A DNA stretch of 64,000 nucleotides, taken from the NCBI GenBank assembly GCA_036507005.1, contig DASXQT010000075.1:37178-101177 (forward strand), read 5' to 3'. Below the pieces are notes generated by a model. It had not been told where the DNA came from and did not search any database. It saw only the letters and a list, made by a program, of their open reading frames with translations. This DNA is from Candidatus Eiseniibacteriota bacterium (lineage in GTDB: Bacteria > Eisenbacteria > RBG-16-71-46). A program made the position numbers and the translations under genes. This document shows, in pieces, positions 10,806 through 25,090 of this stretch; within the stretch, counting starts at the first letter, position 1; each line of letters opens with the position of its first letter.

Positions 10806-11258
10806 ATGCTGGTGCGCGCCGCGCTCGCCGCGGAGGGCCGGCGGGCGGGCGAGATCGGCGTGGTGCTCGCCGCCGACGCCGAGCTGCGCGCCCTCAATCG
10901 CCGCTGGCGCGGCATCGACCGCGCGACCGACGTGCTGAGCTTCGAGTACGGCGAGCGCGACGGGCGCCGCGTCTCCGGCGATCTCGTGATCTCGATGGAT
11001 CGCGTGGGCGAGCAGGCGCGGCGCTTTCGGGTGACCGAGGGGCGGGAGCTGGCGCGGCTCGCCGTCCACGGCGCGCTCCATCTCGCGGGGCTCGATCACG
11101 CAAGGCCCGGCGAGCGGCGCCACATGCGGCTGCGCGAGGACCGGGCGCTGCGCGCCGCGGCCGCCGCGGTGCGGGCGCTCGAGCGCGCGCTCGCGCGCGG
11201 GCGCGGACGACAACAGGGCGTGGTCTCGGCGTCACTTTCGCGCGCAACCCAAACCTGA
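10806..11258 (+). CDS. ybeY: endoribonuclease YbeY (rRNA maturation factor)
   Basis: [11 protein letters not shown] zinc-binding motif. The conserved YbeY N-terminal residues (STITLKAPRG...) lie upstream of the first ATG/GTG/TTG, in frame, at about 10746-10805. The true start is probably non-canonical or upstream. Confidence 0.8.
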   Translation: MLVRAALAAEGRRAGEIGVVLAADAELRALNRRWRGIDRATDVLSFEYGERDGRRVSGDLVISMDRVGEQARRFRVTEGRELARLAVHGALHLAGLDHARPGERRHMRLREDRALRAAAAAVRALERALARGRGRQQGVVSASLSRATQT

Positions 11259-11316
11259 TAGAACCCGCATCATGCTACGCGGCGCCGCCATCATTCCTGC
11301 CGAACGCATCCAGTCC

Positions 11317-11793
11317 ATGATTCTCCTCATTCGAGGAGAGAAGGTGATGCTCGACCAGGACCTTGCCAATCTCTACGGAACGACTACCAAGAGGCTCAAC
11401 GAGGCCGTGAAGCGTAACCGAAGGCGCTTCCCGCCCGATTTCATGTTCGAGCTTACGCATCAAGAGGTTGCGGGTTTGAGGTCGCAGATTGCGACCTCAA
11501 AGCTCTCAGCCCGCGGGGGCCGCCGCTACCTGCCGCACGTGTTCACCGAGCAGGGAGTCGCGATGCTCTCCTCGGTTCTCAATAGCGAACGCGCCGTCCA
11601 GGTCAACATCCTCATCATGCGTGCTTTCGTGAAGCTCAGGCGACTTCTGGCCACGCACGCGGAGCTGGCCCGGAAGCTCGACGCGCTCGAGCGAGAATAC
11701 GACGCGCAGTTCAAGATCGTTTTCGATGCCATCCGAGAACTCATGGAGCCGCCCGAGCCCAAGAAGCGCCGGCTCGGATTCCGCAGCGACTGA
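11317..11793 (+). CDS. ORF6N (KilA-N-like) domain protein
   Basis: [47 protein letters not shown] is the ORF6N signature. GC is clearly lower than the flanks. Start taken at ATG 11317 (the track's ORF begins at 11272). Confidence 0.7.
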   Translation: MILLIRGEKVMLDQDLANLYGTTTKRLNEAVKRNRRRFPPDFMFELTHQEVAGLRSQIATSKLSARGGRRYLPHVFTEQGVAMLSSVLNSERAVQVNILIMRAFVKLRRLLATHAELARKLDALEREYDAQFKIVFDAIRELMEPPEPKKRRLGFRSD

Positions 11794-11857
11794 GCGCGTG
11801 GCCTGCGTCGAGCGACGACCGAGATCGAGATCGCTTCCGAGCGGGCGGGAGAAGACC

Positions 11858-12694
11858 ATGCGCCGATTCCTGCTCGCCGCGATCGCCGCGCTCGCAACGC
11901 TCGCCGCCGCCGGCGCGGCGGCCGCGGCCGATCTCAACGCCGGGATCGAGCACCGCATCCTGAGGGCCGACAGCGTTCGCGTGGCGCGGATCCGCGAGCC
12001 GGTCTCGGGCGAGTCGGGCGTGGCGGGCGACGACCGCCTCGACGACTTCATCGTCGAGCGCCCGGGGAGCGCCGACCCCGCCTGGAAGGCCGCCATGGCC
12101 GAGCTGCTGGCGCGCGCGATGCGCCGCTACCCGGAGCCCGCGGTCTGCCGCCGCGAGCCGCGCCCGCGACAGGTCCTCTTCGGCCTCCAGTTCTTCACCG
12201 GCGACCTGCGCACGTCGTTCATCGTCTATCTCTCCGACCGCTGCATCGAGTTCTGGACCGCGCGCGTCTTCGAGGGCTCCACCGAGATGCACGACTTCTC
12301 CCCCCGCTTCCTTGCGCTGCTCAAGCAGGTGTTCCCGTCGGACACCACGGTCCGCCATCTGGACCTCTCGGGCACCATCTCGTGCGAGGACTACCACCGC
12401 GAGCACCCGGAGGCGGCCGTCGTCGAGCAGCTTCCGGAGGCCACCCGGCGCGTGCCGCCCGCGTACCCGAGGGCGGCGAAGAAGGCGAAGATCGAAGGCG
12501 AGGTGGTGCTGGAGGCCATGGTCGGAGCGGACGGCGCCGTGGGCGAAGTGCGGGTCTCGAAGTCCGTGCCCGAGCTCGACGCCGCGGCCATCGCCTCGGT
12601 GCTCGAGTGGCGCTTCGCGCCCGCGCTCGACTGCCGGGGGCAGCCGGTCGCCTGCCGGATCGTGATCCCGGTACAGTTCACGCTGAGCCGGTAG
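11858..12694 (+). CDS. secreted protein with C-terminal TonB-C (energy transducer) domain
   Basis: RBS GGGAG upstream. Signal peptide MRRFLLAAIAALATLAAAGAAAAADL. C-terminus PAYPRAAKKAKIEGEVVLEAMVGADGAVGEVRVSKS...VPVQFTL matches the TonB C-terminal fold. Confidence 0.7.
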   Translation: MRRFLLAAIAALATLAAAGAAAAADLNAGIEHRILRADSVRVARIREPVSGESGVAGDDRLDDFIVERPGSADPAWKAAMAELLARAMRRYPEPAVCRREPRPRQVLFGLQFFTGDLRTSFIVYLSDRCIEFWTARVFEGSTEMHDFSPRFLALLKQVFPSDTTVRHLDLSGTISCEDYHREHPEAAVVEQLPEATRRVPPAYPRAAKKAKIEGEVVLEAMVGADGAVGEVRVSKSVPELDAAAIASVLEWRFAPALDCRGQPVACRIVIPVQFTLSR

Positions 12695-12789
12695 ATCCCG
12701 CGCCCATCCGCGCGACGTGACCGCCGCACCCCGGACGCGCTACATTTGCCTCGGCTACTCACCCCATCTCCGAGGAGAGAGATCGACCG

Positions 12790-13536
12790 ATGACGCCCCC
12801 CCAGAAAAAGCGCGCCCGTGGCCCCGGGGTCATGGGCCGGATGCGCAACTACCTGCTCGCCGGGATCCTGGTGCTGCTGCCCTCGGCGCTCACGGTCTGG
12901 GTGCTGCTCCTGCTCTTCAACCGGGTGGACAACCTGCTCGGCCGCTACCTGCGCTTCGAGTTCCTCGACTACCGGCGCATCCCGGGGCTCGGACTGCTCG
13001 CCACGGTGCTGCTGCTCATGCTCGTGGGCTGGGTGGCGTCGTGGATCGGCGCCCGCCCGCTGGTGCGCATGTGGGACCGGCTGTTCACCCGCATCCCCGG
13101 CATCGGGATCGTCTACGGCTCGACCAAGTCGCTGGGCGAGGCGTTCCTGAACCAGCAGGAGCAGGCGTTCCGCCAGGTCGTGCTCGTGCCCTGGCCGCAC
13201 CCCGGCATGTGGCGCATCGGGTTCGTCACCGGGCCCCCGGGCCCGGACGTGCGCGGGCTGCTCTCGAGCGACATCGAGGTGGTGTTCGTGCCGCACACGC
13301 CCAATCCGGCGTCGGGGTTCGTCCACTACGTCCCGCGCAAGGACATCATCTACCTCGACTGGCCGATCGAGGACGGGCTCAAGGTGATCGTCTCGGGGGG
13401 CGTCGTGCAGCCCGACATGGAGCGCGTGAACGCCACGCGAGCCGCGCGCGGTCTCGAGCCGGCCGCCCCGCACCCGCTGGCGTCGGGGCAGGCGGGGCCG
13501 GAGGGCGCTCCGGCCTCCGGAGCCGCCGAGGGCTGA
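12790..13536 (+). CDS. DUF502 family membrane protein
   Basis: 248 aa. RBS GAGGAG. Two N-terminal TM helices then the DUF502 core ([18 protein letters not shown]...[13 protein letters not shown]). Confidence 0.8.
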   Translation: MTPPQKKRARGPGVMGRMRNYLLAGILVLLPSALTVWVLLLLFNRVDNLLGRYLRFEFLDYRRIPGLGLLATVLLLMLVGWVASWIGARPLVRMWDRLFTRIPGIGIVYGSTKSLGEAFLNQQEQAFRQVVLVPWPHPGMWRIGFVTGPPGPDVRGLLSSDIEVVFVPHTPNPASGFVHYVPRKDIIYLDWPIEDGLKVIVSGGVVQPDMERVNATRAARGLEPAAPHPLASGQAGPEGAPASGAAEG

Positions 13537-13538
13537 CC

Positions 13539-14314
13539 GTGGCGCTGGTCCAAAGCGAAGGGATCGTCCTCAAGACTCACGCGCTCGGCGACACCAGCCG
13601 GATCGCGGTGGTCTACACCCGCGAGCGCGGGATGGTGAAGCTGGTGGCGAAGGGCGCGCGCAAGACGCCGAGCCGCTTCGGCTACGCGCTCGAGCCGCTG
13701 ACCCGCGGGCGCTACGTCTACTACTGGAAGCCCGACCGCGACCTCCACCTGCTCTCGCAGGCCGACACGATCGCGCCCACCGGGAGCCGGCTCACGGAGC
13801 TCACGCGGCTCGCGCACGCCGAGGCGGCGATCGAGCTGATCGACCGCCTGGTGTGGGGCGAGGAGCCGCACGCCGAGCTGTTCGATCTGCTCGCCGTGAC
13901 CCTCGAGGCGGTGACCGCGGCCCCGGCCGAGGGGCTCGCGGCGCTCACCATCGCCTTCGAGCTCCAGGTCGCGAGCCTGCTCGGCTACCGCCCGCGGCTC
14001 GACGCCTGCGCGCGCTGCGGCGGGGCGCTCTCGCCGCGGCGCCTGTTCTCGCCGGCGATCGGCGGGTTGCTGTGCGACCGCTGCGCCGCGACCGAGGCCA
14101 CCGTGACGCTCTCGGCCGACGCGCTCGCGGGCCTCGCGCTTCTGCTCACGCGGCCGGTGGCGGAAGCCGGCGCCTACCTCGAGGTGCGGCGCACGGGCGA
14201 GATCCTGCGGGTGGTGGATGCGTTCCTCCGGCATCACTTCCAGCGCTTCCGCGGGCTGCGCTCGCTCGACATGCTGCGCGCCCTGCCCCGCGCGCGCTCC
14301 GACGAGGAGACGCC

Positions 14315-14327
<13 letters not shown>
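13539..14327 (+). CDS. recO: DNA repair protein RecO
   Basis: GTG 13539 is 2 nt after the DUF502 stop. N-terminal OB fold ([36 protein letters not shown]) and the C-terminal zinc motif CARCGG...CDRC. The long 12717..14327 ORF is only an upstream open extension. Confidence 0.85.
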
Positions 14328-15267
<940 letters not shown>

Positions 15268-15271
<4 letters not shown>

Positions 15272-17598
15272 GCCGGCGCGCGAGCCCGCCCCGGGCGCGC
15301 GCCCCGCGCGTGGGCACGCCGCGGGCGGCGCGCCGGGCCGGGCAGGAGACGCGGGGAGCGAGCGCGAGCTCCCGCCGCGCGTCCGGCGCTGACGCAACGC
15401 CCGCGCCACGGCGCGCGCCCGGCGACAAGCCCGCGCCTCGCCCCGCGCGTGCGGAAGGCGCGAGCCTCGACCTCCTGCTCGAGATCGGCGTCGAGGAGCT
15501 GCCCGCGGGCTACGTGCCCCCGGCGCTCGAGCAGCTCGAGCGCGGCGCGGCCGCGATGCTGGCCGAGCTGAGGCTCGCGTGCGGCGAGATCCGCACGCTC
15601 GGCACGCCGCGGCGGCTCGCGCTCGTCGCGCACGGGCTCGCCGCGCGCCAGACCGACGCGAGCGAGGAGGTCCAGGGCCCCGCGGTGCGGGTGGCGTACG
15701 ACGCGGAGGGCAAGCCGACGCGGGCGCTGCTCGGGTTCTGCGCGGCGCGCGGGGTCGACCCCGCGGCGGTGCGCCGGGTCGCGACGCCGAAGGGCGAGTA
15801 CGTCGCGGTCACGGTGCGCCACGAAGGCAAGCCCGCGCTCGAGGTGCTGCCGGGACCGCTCGCCGCGCTGGCCCAGCGGCTCTCGTTCCCCAAGATGATG
15901 CGCTGGCTCGCGGACGAGACCCGCTTCGCCCGGCCGGTGCGATGGCTCTCGGCGCTGCTCGGAGGCGAGATCGTGGCGGTGCGCGCCTTCGCGCTCGAGG
16001 CGGGGCGCGAGTCGCGCGGCCACCGGTTCCTGGCACCCGAGCCGGTCGAGATCGCGGGCCCGGCGAGCTACGTCGAGGCGCTGGAGAAGCGCCGCGTCGT
16101 GGCCGACCACCGCGACCGGGCCGCGCGCCTCGGCGGGCAGATCGAGGCCGCGGCGCTCGAGGCGGGCGGGCGCGTGGTGGCGGACGAGGAGCTGGCCGGG
16201 ATCGTGAATTTCATGGTCGAGTGGCCCACCGCTTTCTCCGGGCGGTTCGAGGAGCGCTACCTCGACCTGCCGCGCGAGGTGATCGTCACCGCGCTGCGCG
16301 AGCACCAGCGCTTCTTCGCGGTCGAGGACGAAGCGGGCCGCCTGCTGCCGGCCTTCGTCGCGGTGCGCGATGGCGACGAGCGCGGGCTCGACCAGGTGCG
16401 CAAGGGGAACGAGGACGTGCTGATCGCGCGGCTCCAGGACGCGCGCTTCTACTGGCAGACCGACCTCAAGCATCCGCCCGCGGAGCGGGTGGATGCGCTC
16501 GCGGCCGTGGTGTGGATCGAGGGGCTCGGGACGCTGCGCGACAAGGCGGCGCGGCTGGAGTCGCTGTGCGACTGGCTCGCGGCGCGCTTTGCGCCCGGTG
16601 CGGCCGCCGACGCGCGGCGCGCGGCGCTGCTGTGCAAGACCGACCTGCTCTCCGAGATGATCGGGAGCGGCAAGGAGTATGCGAGCCTCGAAGGCGTGAT
16701 GGGCGGGCACTACGCGCGGCGCGCGGGCGAGCCCGAGGCGGTGGCGGCCGCGATCGCCGAGCACTACCGGCCGCGCGGCCCCGGCGACGCGCTCCCGGCG
16801 ACCGAGGCGGGGGTGGTGCTGGCGCTCGCGGACAAGCTCGACCACGTGGCGGGGGCGTTCGTGGCCGGCAAGGTTCCGAGCGGGAGCGAGGATCCCTACG
16901 GCGTGCGGCGGGCCGCGAACGGCGTGGTGCGGATCGCGATCGAGCGCGACCTCCGGCTCGACCTGCGGGAGGCGACCCTGCAGGCCACCGCCCCCTTCTT
17001 CGCCGCCGACATGGAGCTGCCGCAGGCCGAGATCGTGCGCACGCTCGGCGAGTTCTGGCGCGGGCGGGTCGAGGCGGCGCTCGAGGAGCGCGGCGTTCCC
17101 TACGACGCGCGCGAGGCGGCGCTCGAGGCGCGCCTCGTGCTCGACGGCGTTGCCCGCGGGCGGCCGGGCTGGATCGACCCCGGCGACTGCCTGGAGCGCG
17201 CCCGCACGCTCACCGGCTTCCGCGGCGACGCGCGCTTCGAGCCGCTCGTGATCCTCTTCAAGCGCGTCGGCAACATCCTCAAGGCCGCGCCCGAGACCCT
17301 GCCCGACGCGCTCGACCGTGCGCGCCTGACCGAGGCCGCGGAGCACGAGCTGCTGGCCGCGCTCGAGGCGGCGCGCGGGCGCACCGCGCCGCTGTGGCGC
17401 GAGCGCCGCTACGAGAAGATCCTGCCCGCACTGCTCGAGATGGAGCAGGCGATCCACGGCTTCTTCGACCGCGTGCTGGTGAACGCCGACGACCTGCCGA
17501 CCCGCCTGAACCGCCTGCGCCTTCTCACCGAGGTGCGCGAGCTGTTCGTGCGTGGCTGGGACCTGTCGCGCGTCGTCGTGGAAGGGGAGAAGGGCTGA
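15268..17598 (+). CDS. glyS: glycine--tRNA ligase beta subunit (with Arg/Ala/Pro-rich N-terminal extension if GTG 15268 is used)
   Basis: GTGA overlap with the glyQ stop. The conserved core begins at [13 protein letters not shown] (about 15466). The only in-frame starts upstream are GTG 15268 and GTG about 15310. Confidence 0.8.
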
Positions 17599-17659
17599 GG
17601 CGCCCCCGCGATTCCAGGGTGCAGTCCGGCACGGCGGCGGACGAAGACAGGAGGGCGTC

Positions 17660-18265
17660 ATGCGCATGATCTTGCCGGCACGAGCTCTCCGATCGGTGCT
17701 GGCCGCGGCTTTGCTCGCCGGCGCGGCCCTCCTCGCGGACGCGGCGCTCGCCCAGCGCTACGTCGAGAGCGAGCACCCCGACTTTCCCAGGATCAAGTAC
17801 GCCGATTCGCTGGTCTCGGTGAACGCCCGCTGCATCGTCAAGCAGTCGAAGCTCAACCTCAAGGTGCGGCCGGTGTACGTGAACTGGAGGCCGATCGGGT
17901 TCTGCTGAGGGACCTGTCCTGGGGTCTTCGTGAAAGACCCGGAGCGTTATCTCAAGGCGCAGAAGACGGATCTCAGGTGCGTCGTGAACCCCGGCGGCCA
18001 CGCCGTGCTCGAGCCCAGCCGGCGGCTGTTCGTCAACTACGAGATCTTCTTCTTCTCGACCAAGGGCGCAATGGACCTGTTCCGCAGGAAGACGCTGGCC
18101 TACTGCGGGTGGCTCACCGATCCCGTGTCCGGCGAGCGCTTCAAGCCCACGGTCAGCTCGCCCAAGCTCGTCTATAAAGGTAGGCCCTACTACTTCTCGA
18201 CCATCTCCACCCGCATGAAGTTCGAAGCCATGCCCGACAGCTTCGCGGTGCGAAGGGGGATGTGA
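17660..18265 (+). CDS. secreted tandem YHS-like domain protein interrupted by an in-frame TGA (17906-17908): candidate selenoprotein or nonsense-disrupted gene
   Basis: RBS AGGAGG plus ATG 17660; signal peptide MRMILPARALRSVLAAALLAGAALLADAALA. ORFs 17660..17908 and 17930..18265 share one reading frame. Domain 1 (...RCIVKQ...VYVNWRPIGFC[TGA]GTCPGVFVKDPERYL) aligns to the YHS consensus DPVCGM...YYFCSxxCKxxFxxNPEKYL, with the UGA at the Ser position. Domain 2 is degenerate (DPVSG...YYFST). Confidence 0.5.
17922..17940 (+). promoter_or_regulatory. hairpin GGGTCTT-cgtga-AAGACCC starting 13 nt 3' of the in-frame UGA (bSECIS-like candidate)
   Basis: Perfect 7-bp stem with a 5-nt loop containing G and U. 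The placement resembles bacterial SECIS elements, which sit roughly 11 nt after the UGA. Confidence 0.25.
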
Positions 18266-18485
18266 GCGAGGTGGACGCCGGCGTGAACAACGGGGTCGCC
18301 CGGCGCCGGTAGCGCGGCGGCCGCGGCGCGCCAACCCGCGTCCGCACCGCGTTCCGCACCTCGATGCGTGCCGGCACGCTCCGTGCCCGCGCCCTCTCCC
18401 AAGCCCGGCGCGCTCGATCGCACCTGACGTCGCCGGGAACGCACGGGGCGCTCCGGAAACGGAGCCGGGGGGATGGGAGGGGGCG

Positions 18486-19304
18486 ATGAGGCGTCTCGCA
18501 GCGGTCGTGTGGGCTGGCGTCGTCGTGACGGCGTGGATCTTCGCCGCAGCGGTACCCGCCGCGGCTCAGTGCTGGGCCTGCTACACGGGATGCACTCCCG
18601 CCGGCCAGGGCTATCTGTACTGCACCGCGGGCAGCGTGGGAGGCGTTCCGTACTGCGCGGTTGGCGGTGCCTGCAGCAATCCCGGTGGCGATGGCAACGA
18701 CATCCCGCCCAAGCTGCGCCGGCCCATCCTGGCCGCCGCGGCGTCCCCGCTCCGCGTCTACGAGCTGCTCTTCCGCTGCCCGCGGAGCGGGCGACGGTTC
18801 TTCGAGACGGAAGAGACCTCCCGCGTGCTCCCCGGAGCGGCGCGGCCGTTCGGGGTTCCGGCCGTGCTCGACGCGCTGAAGCAGCTCTCGCCCGGTGCCG
18901 CCGGCCGGCTCGCGGTCGCGGCCGGTCTGGTGTCGGTGGGCCCGGGATTCATCGACGGCGCGTACCTCGGCGTGGACGGCTCGGGCTTCGGCATGAGGCT
19001 CGCGGCCGAGGGAGCCGGCGTGCGGATGAGCCTCTGCTCGGTGCGCAACGAGGCTCCGGGCGGGTTGCTCGCGGAGGCCGTGCTCGCCGCGGGCGACCTG
19101 CTCGTGGTCCAGGTCGTGATCGGGGGCGAGAGCTTCGTGTGCGTGCTCTCGCCGACGCCGGTCGGGAGCGGGGCCGCCACGGCGGAGGACGAGGCGGCGG
19201 GCCTCAGGAGCGCCTTCCTCGACCAGGTGGACTCGGCCTGGCGCGTTCACCGCGATCCCGGGCTCAGCCTCGAGTTCGTTCCGCTCATCGGATCCTGCCC
19301 GTAG
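18486..19304 (+). CDS. Cys-rich secreted hypothetical protein
   Basis: RBS GGGAGGGGG. Signal peptide MRRLAAVVWAGVVVTAWIFAAAVPAAA. The mature N-terminus QCWACYTGCTPAGQGYLYCTAGSVGGVPYCAVGGACSNPGGDG has 8 Cys in 40 residues. Confidence 0.6.
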   Translation: MRRLAAVVWAGVVVTAWIFAAAVPAAAQCWACYTGCTPAGQGYLYCTAGSVGGVPYCAVGGACSNPGGDGNDIPPKLRRPILAAAASPLRVYELLFRCPRSGRRFFETEETSRVLPGAARPFGVPAVLDALKQLSPGAAGRLAVAAGLVSVGPGFIDGAYLGVDGSGFGMRLAAEGAGVRMSLCSVRNEAPGGLLAEAVLAAGDLLVVQVVIGGESFVCVLSPTPVGSGAATAEDEAAGLRSAFLDQVDSAWRVHRDPGLSLEFVPLIGSCP

Positions 19305-19309
19305 CGGCC

Positions 19310-19385
19310 GACGGCGGCCGCGTCGCCGCCGCGTCGCCGCTGCGTCGCCGCCACGTCGCCGCGTCGCCGCTCCGCCGCGCCGCGC
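19310..19385. repeat. degenerate ~11-bp tandem repeat (gccgcgtcgcc-like units, 5-6 copies)
   Basis: gccgcgtcgccgccgcgtcgccgctgcgtcgccgccacgtcgccgcgtcgccgc, intergenic. Confidence 0.5.
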
Positions 19386-19725
19386 GCAACGCCGCACTCG
19401 TCCGCGCACATCGCAAGGTCCGCCGCGGGATTCGCGCGGTCGCGGGATTGCGGGATGCGATGCCCGTCGGATCGCGCGGAGCGCCCACCCGTCGCGAGGG
19501 GGTCCTGCGACCTCCGTTCCCGGAACGGCTTGGGTTTTTCGGCGCCCCGATCCTGCGTCCCGCACGATCCTCCGGCATGGGCGATGCTGCGTACCGCACC
19601 TCGGCGTTTCTACGCCACCAGTACGGGCCCACACTCGACGCGTTTGACGCCGATCCCTGGGCCCCCGGCACCGACTCAGGAGTGACCGGGAGCGCCCGTT
19701 CTGGAAAACGGACGGATCACGCGAG

Positions 19726-23519
<3,794 letters not shown>

Positions 23520-23545
23520 CGAGGGCCCGGCCGCAGGGAGGCAGA

Positions 23546-23803
23546 ATGTCCGACGTGGAGATGCGCGCGGAGCTCGAACGCCTGCGCAAGGAGAACGAGA
23601 CGCTGAAGGCCCGCACCGAGCGCGGGGTCAGCCTCAAGGTCAGCGGCAAGGGGGCGGTCTCCGTCTACGGCCTCCAGAGGTTCCCCATTACTCTCTACCG
23701 GGAGCAGTGGACGAGGCTCCTGGACATGGGGAAGGAGATCCGGCAGTTCATCGAGGAGCACGCGTCCGAGCTGAAGACGCGGGAGGATCGGGCGGGCCGC
23801 TGA
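23546..23803 (+). CDS. small hypothetical coiled-coil protein (85 aa)
   Basis: RBS GGGAGG 7 nt upstream. Lower GC than the flanks. MSDVEMRAELERLRKENETLKARTERG... Followed by a GC-rich hairpin. Confidence 0.45.
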   Translation: MSDVEMRAELERLRKENETLKARTERGVSLKVSGKGAVSVYGLQRFPITLYREQWTRLLDMGKEIRQFIEEHASELKTREDRAGR

Positions 23804-23932
23804 GCGGGCGCAGCGGTCGGCGGCCGGCGTGGCCTCGCCTCGCGAGAGCCGGCCGGTTGCGGCGGCGCCGGGCCCGATAACTCCGCAAGATTCGGCGCGA
23901 CGCCCATCCCCGTTCGCCGTAGTGTTGCGCCC

Positions 23933-24571
23933 ATGACGACCGCCCTCTCCATCGCCTCCGCCCCTCGCCCCGGCGCGCGGCTCACCCGCGCCGAGATGTG
24001 GGCCGCCTTCGCCGGCAGCGACCGGCGCTACGACGGGCGCTTCGTCACCGCCGTGCGCACCACCGGGATTTTCTGCCGGCCCTCCTGCACCTGCCGCAAG
24101 CCGCGCCCCGACCGCGTCGCGTTCTTCCCCACGCCCGAGGCCGCGGCCGGCGCGGGCTTCCGCCCCTGCAAGCGCTGCCGCCCCGAGCTCGCGGGCGGGG
24201 CGGCCGAGGCCGAGCGCCGCATGGCGGAGCGGGCGCTCGAATTCATGCGCGCGCACTGCGGGGAGCGCCTGGCGCTCGCCGACCTCGCCCGCGCCGTGGC
24301 GATGAGCCCCTCTCACTTCGCGCGGCGCTTCCGCGCCGCGACCGGCGATTCGCCGATGAGAACGCTCGCCGCGGTCCGGGCCGAGCGCGCCGGGCGTCTG
24401 CTCGCGCGCGCGGGCACCGGCGTGCTCGAGGTCGCGCTGGCCGTGGGCTTCGGCAGCGCCGCGGCGCTGGTGCGCGCCTTCCGCCGCCGCACCGGCACCA
24501 CCCCGTCGCGCTGGCGCGCCCGGCGTCCCGTGGGGCCGCGCCACGCGCGGCGAATCACAGGAGGTGCATGA
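23933..24571 (+). CDS. ada: Ada-type regulator (Ada N-terminal zinc methylphosphotriester domain plus AraC-type HTH)
   Basis: FVTAVRTTGIFCRPSCTCRKPRPDRV...FRPCKRCRPE is the Ada Zn-Cys4 motif. The C-terminal half has the AraC HTH (LADLARAVAMSPSHFARRFRAATGDSPMR). Confidence 0.8.
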   Translation: MTTALSIASAPRPGARLTRAEMWAAFAGSDRRYDGRFVTAVRTTGIFCRPSCTCRKPRPDRVAFFPTPEAAAGAGFRPCKRCRPELAGGAAEAERRMAERALEFMRAHCGERLALADLARAVAMSPSHFARRFRAATGDSPMRTLAAVRAERAGRLLARAGTGVLEVALAVGFGSAAALVRAFRRRTGTTPSRWRARRPVGPRHARRITGGA

Positions 24572-25062
24572 TGGATCGTGCAGTCGTGACGACGGATCTC
24601 GGCCGCTTCGAGCTCGCGGCCGGCGAGCGCGGACTGTGCTCGGCCGTGCTTCTCGCGGACGACGCGCCGGCCGGGTGCCAGGCGGCCGCGGCGACCTCGC
24701 CGCGTCTCGCCGAGGCGGTGGATTGGCTCCAGGCCTACGCCGCCGGCGACCGGCGCCCCTTCGCCGGCGCGCTCGACCCCGGCGGGTCCGAGTTCCAGCG
24801 CCGCGTTTGGCAACGGCTCATGGAGCTTCCCTTCGGCGCGCGCGCCACCTACGGAGAGATCGCGGCGTCCCTGGGCGCGCCCGGAGCCGCGCGCGCGGTG
24901 GGTGCGGCTGCGGCGGCCAATCCGCTCGCGGTGTTCATTCCCTGCCACCGGCTGGTGGGGGCGCGGGGAAGCCTGGGCGGCTACGCCTGGGGGAAGGAAA
25001 GAAAGCGCGCCCTGCTCTCCCACGAGGGCGCGGCCGGCGCGGGGCGCCTGCCCCTGGGCTAG
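24568..25062 (+). CDS. ogt: methylated-DNA--protein-cysteine methyltransferase
   Basis: RBS AGGAGG. ATGA overlap with the ada stop. Active-site IPCHRLVG motif. Confidence 0.85.
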   Translation: MMDRAVVTTDLGRFELAAGERGLCSAVLLADDAPAGCQAAAATSPRLAEAVDWLQAYAAGDRRPFAGALDPGGSEFQRRVWQRLMELPFGARATYGEIAASLGAPGAARAVGAAAAANPLAVFIPCHRLVGARGSLGGYAWGKERKRALLSHEGAAGAGRLPLG

Positions 25063-25090
25063 GTCGCCCCGCGCGCGGACCGGGGAACGG

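Noticed and set aside
7343-10915. 1190-aa antisense ORF covering ybeZ and pgpH, and the + frame ORF 7291..8484
   Set aside because: Low-complexity junk protein. The sense-strand PhoH and 7TM-HD signatures are unambiguous.
12717-13538. N-terminal 270-aa extension of the recO ORF (12717..14327)
   Set aside because: It overlaps the DUF502 gene in another frame and has a junk composition. RecO homology begins at GTG 13539, right after the DUF502 stop.
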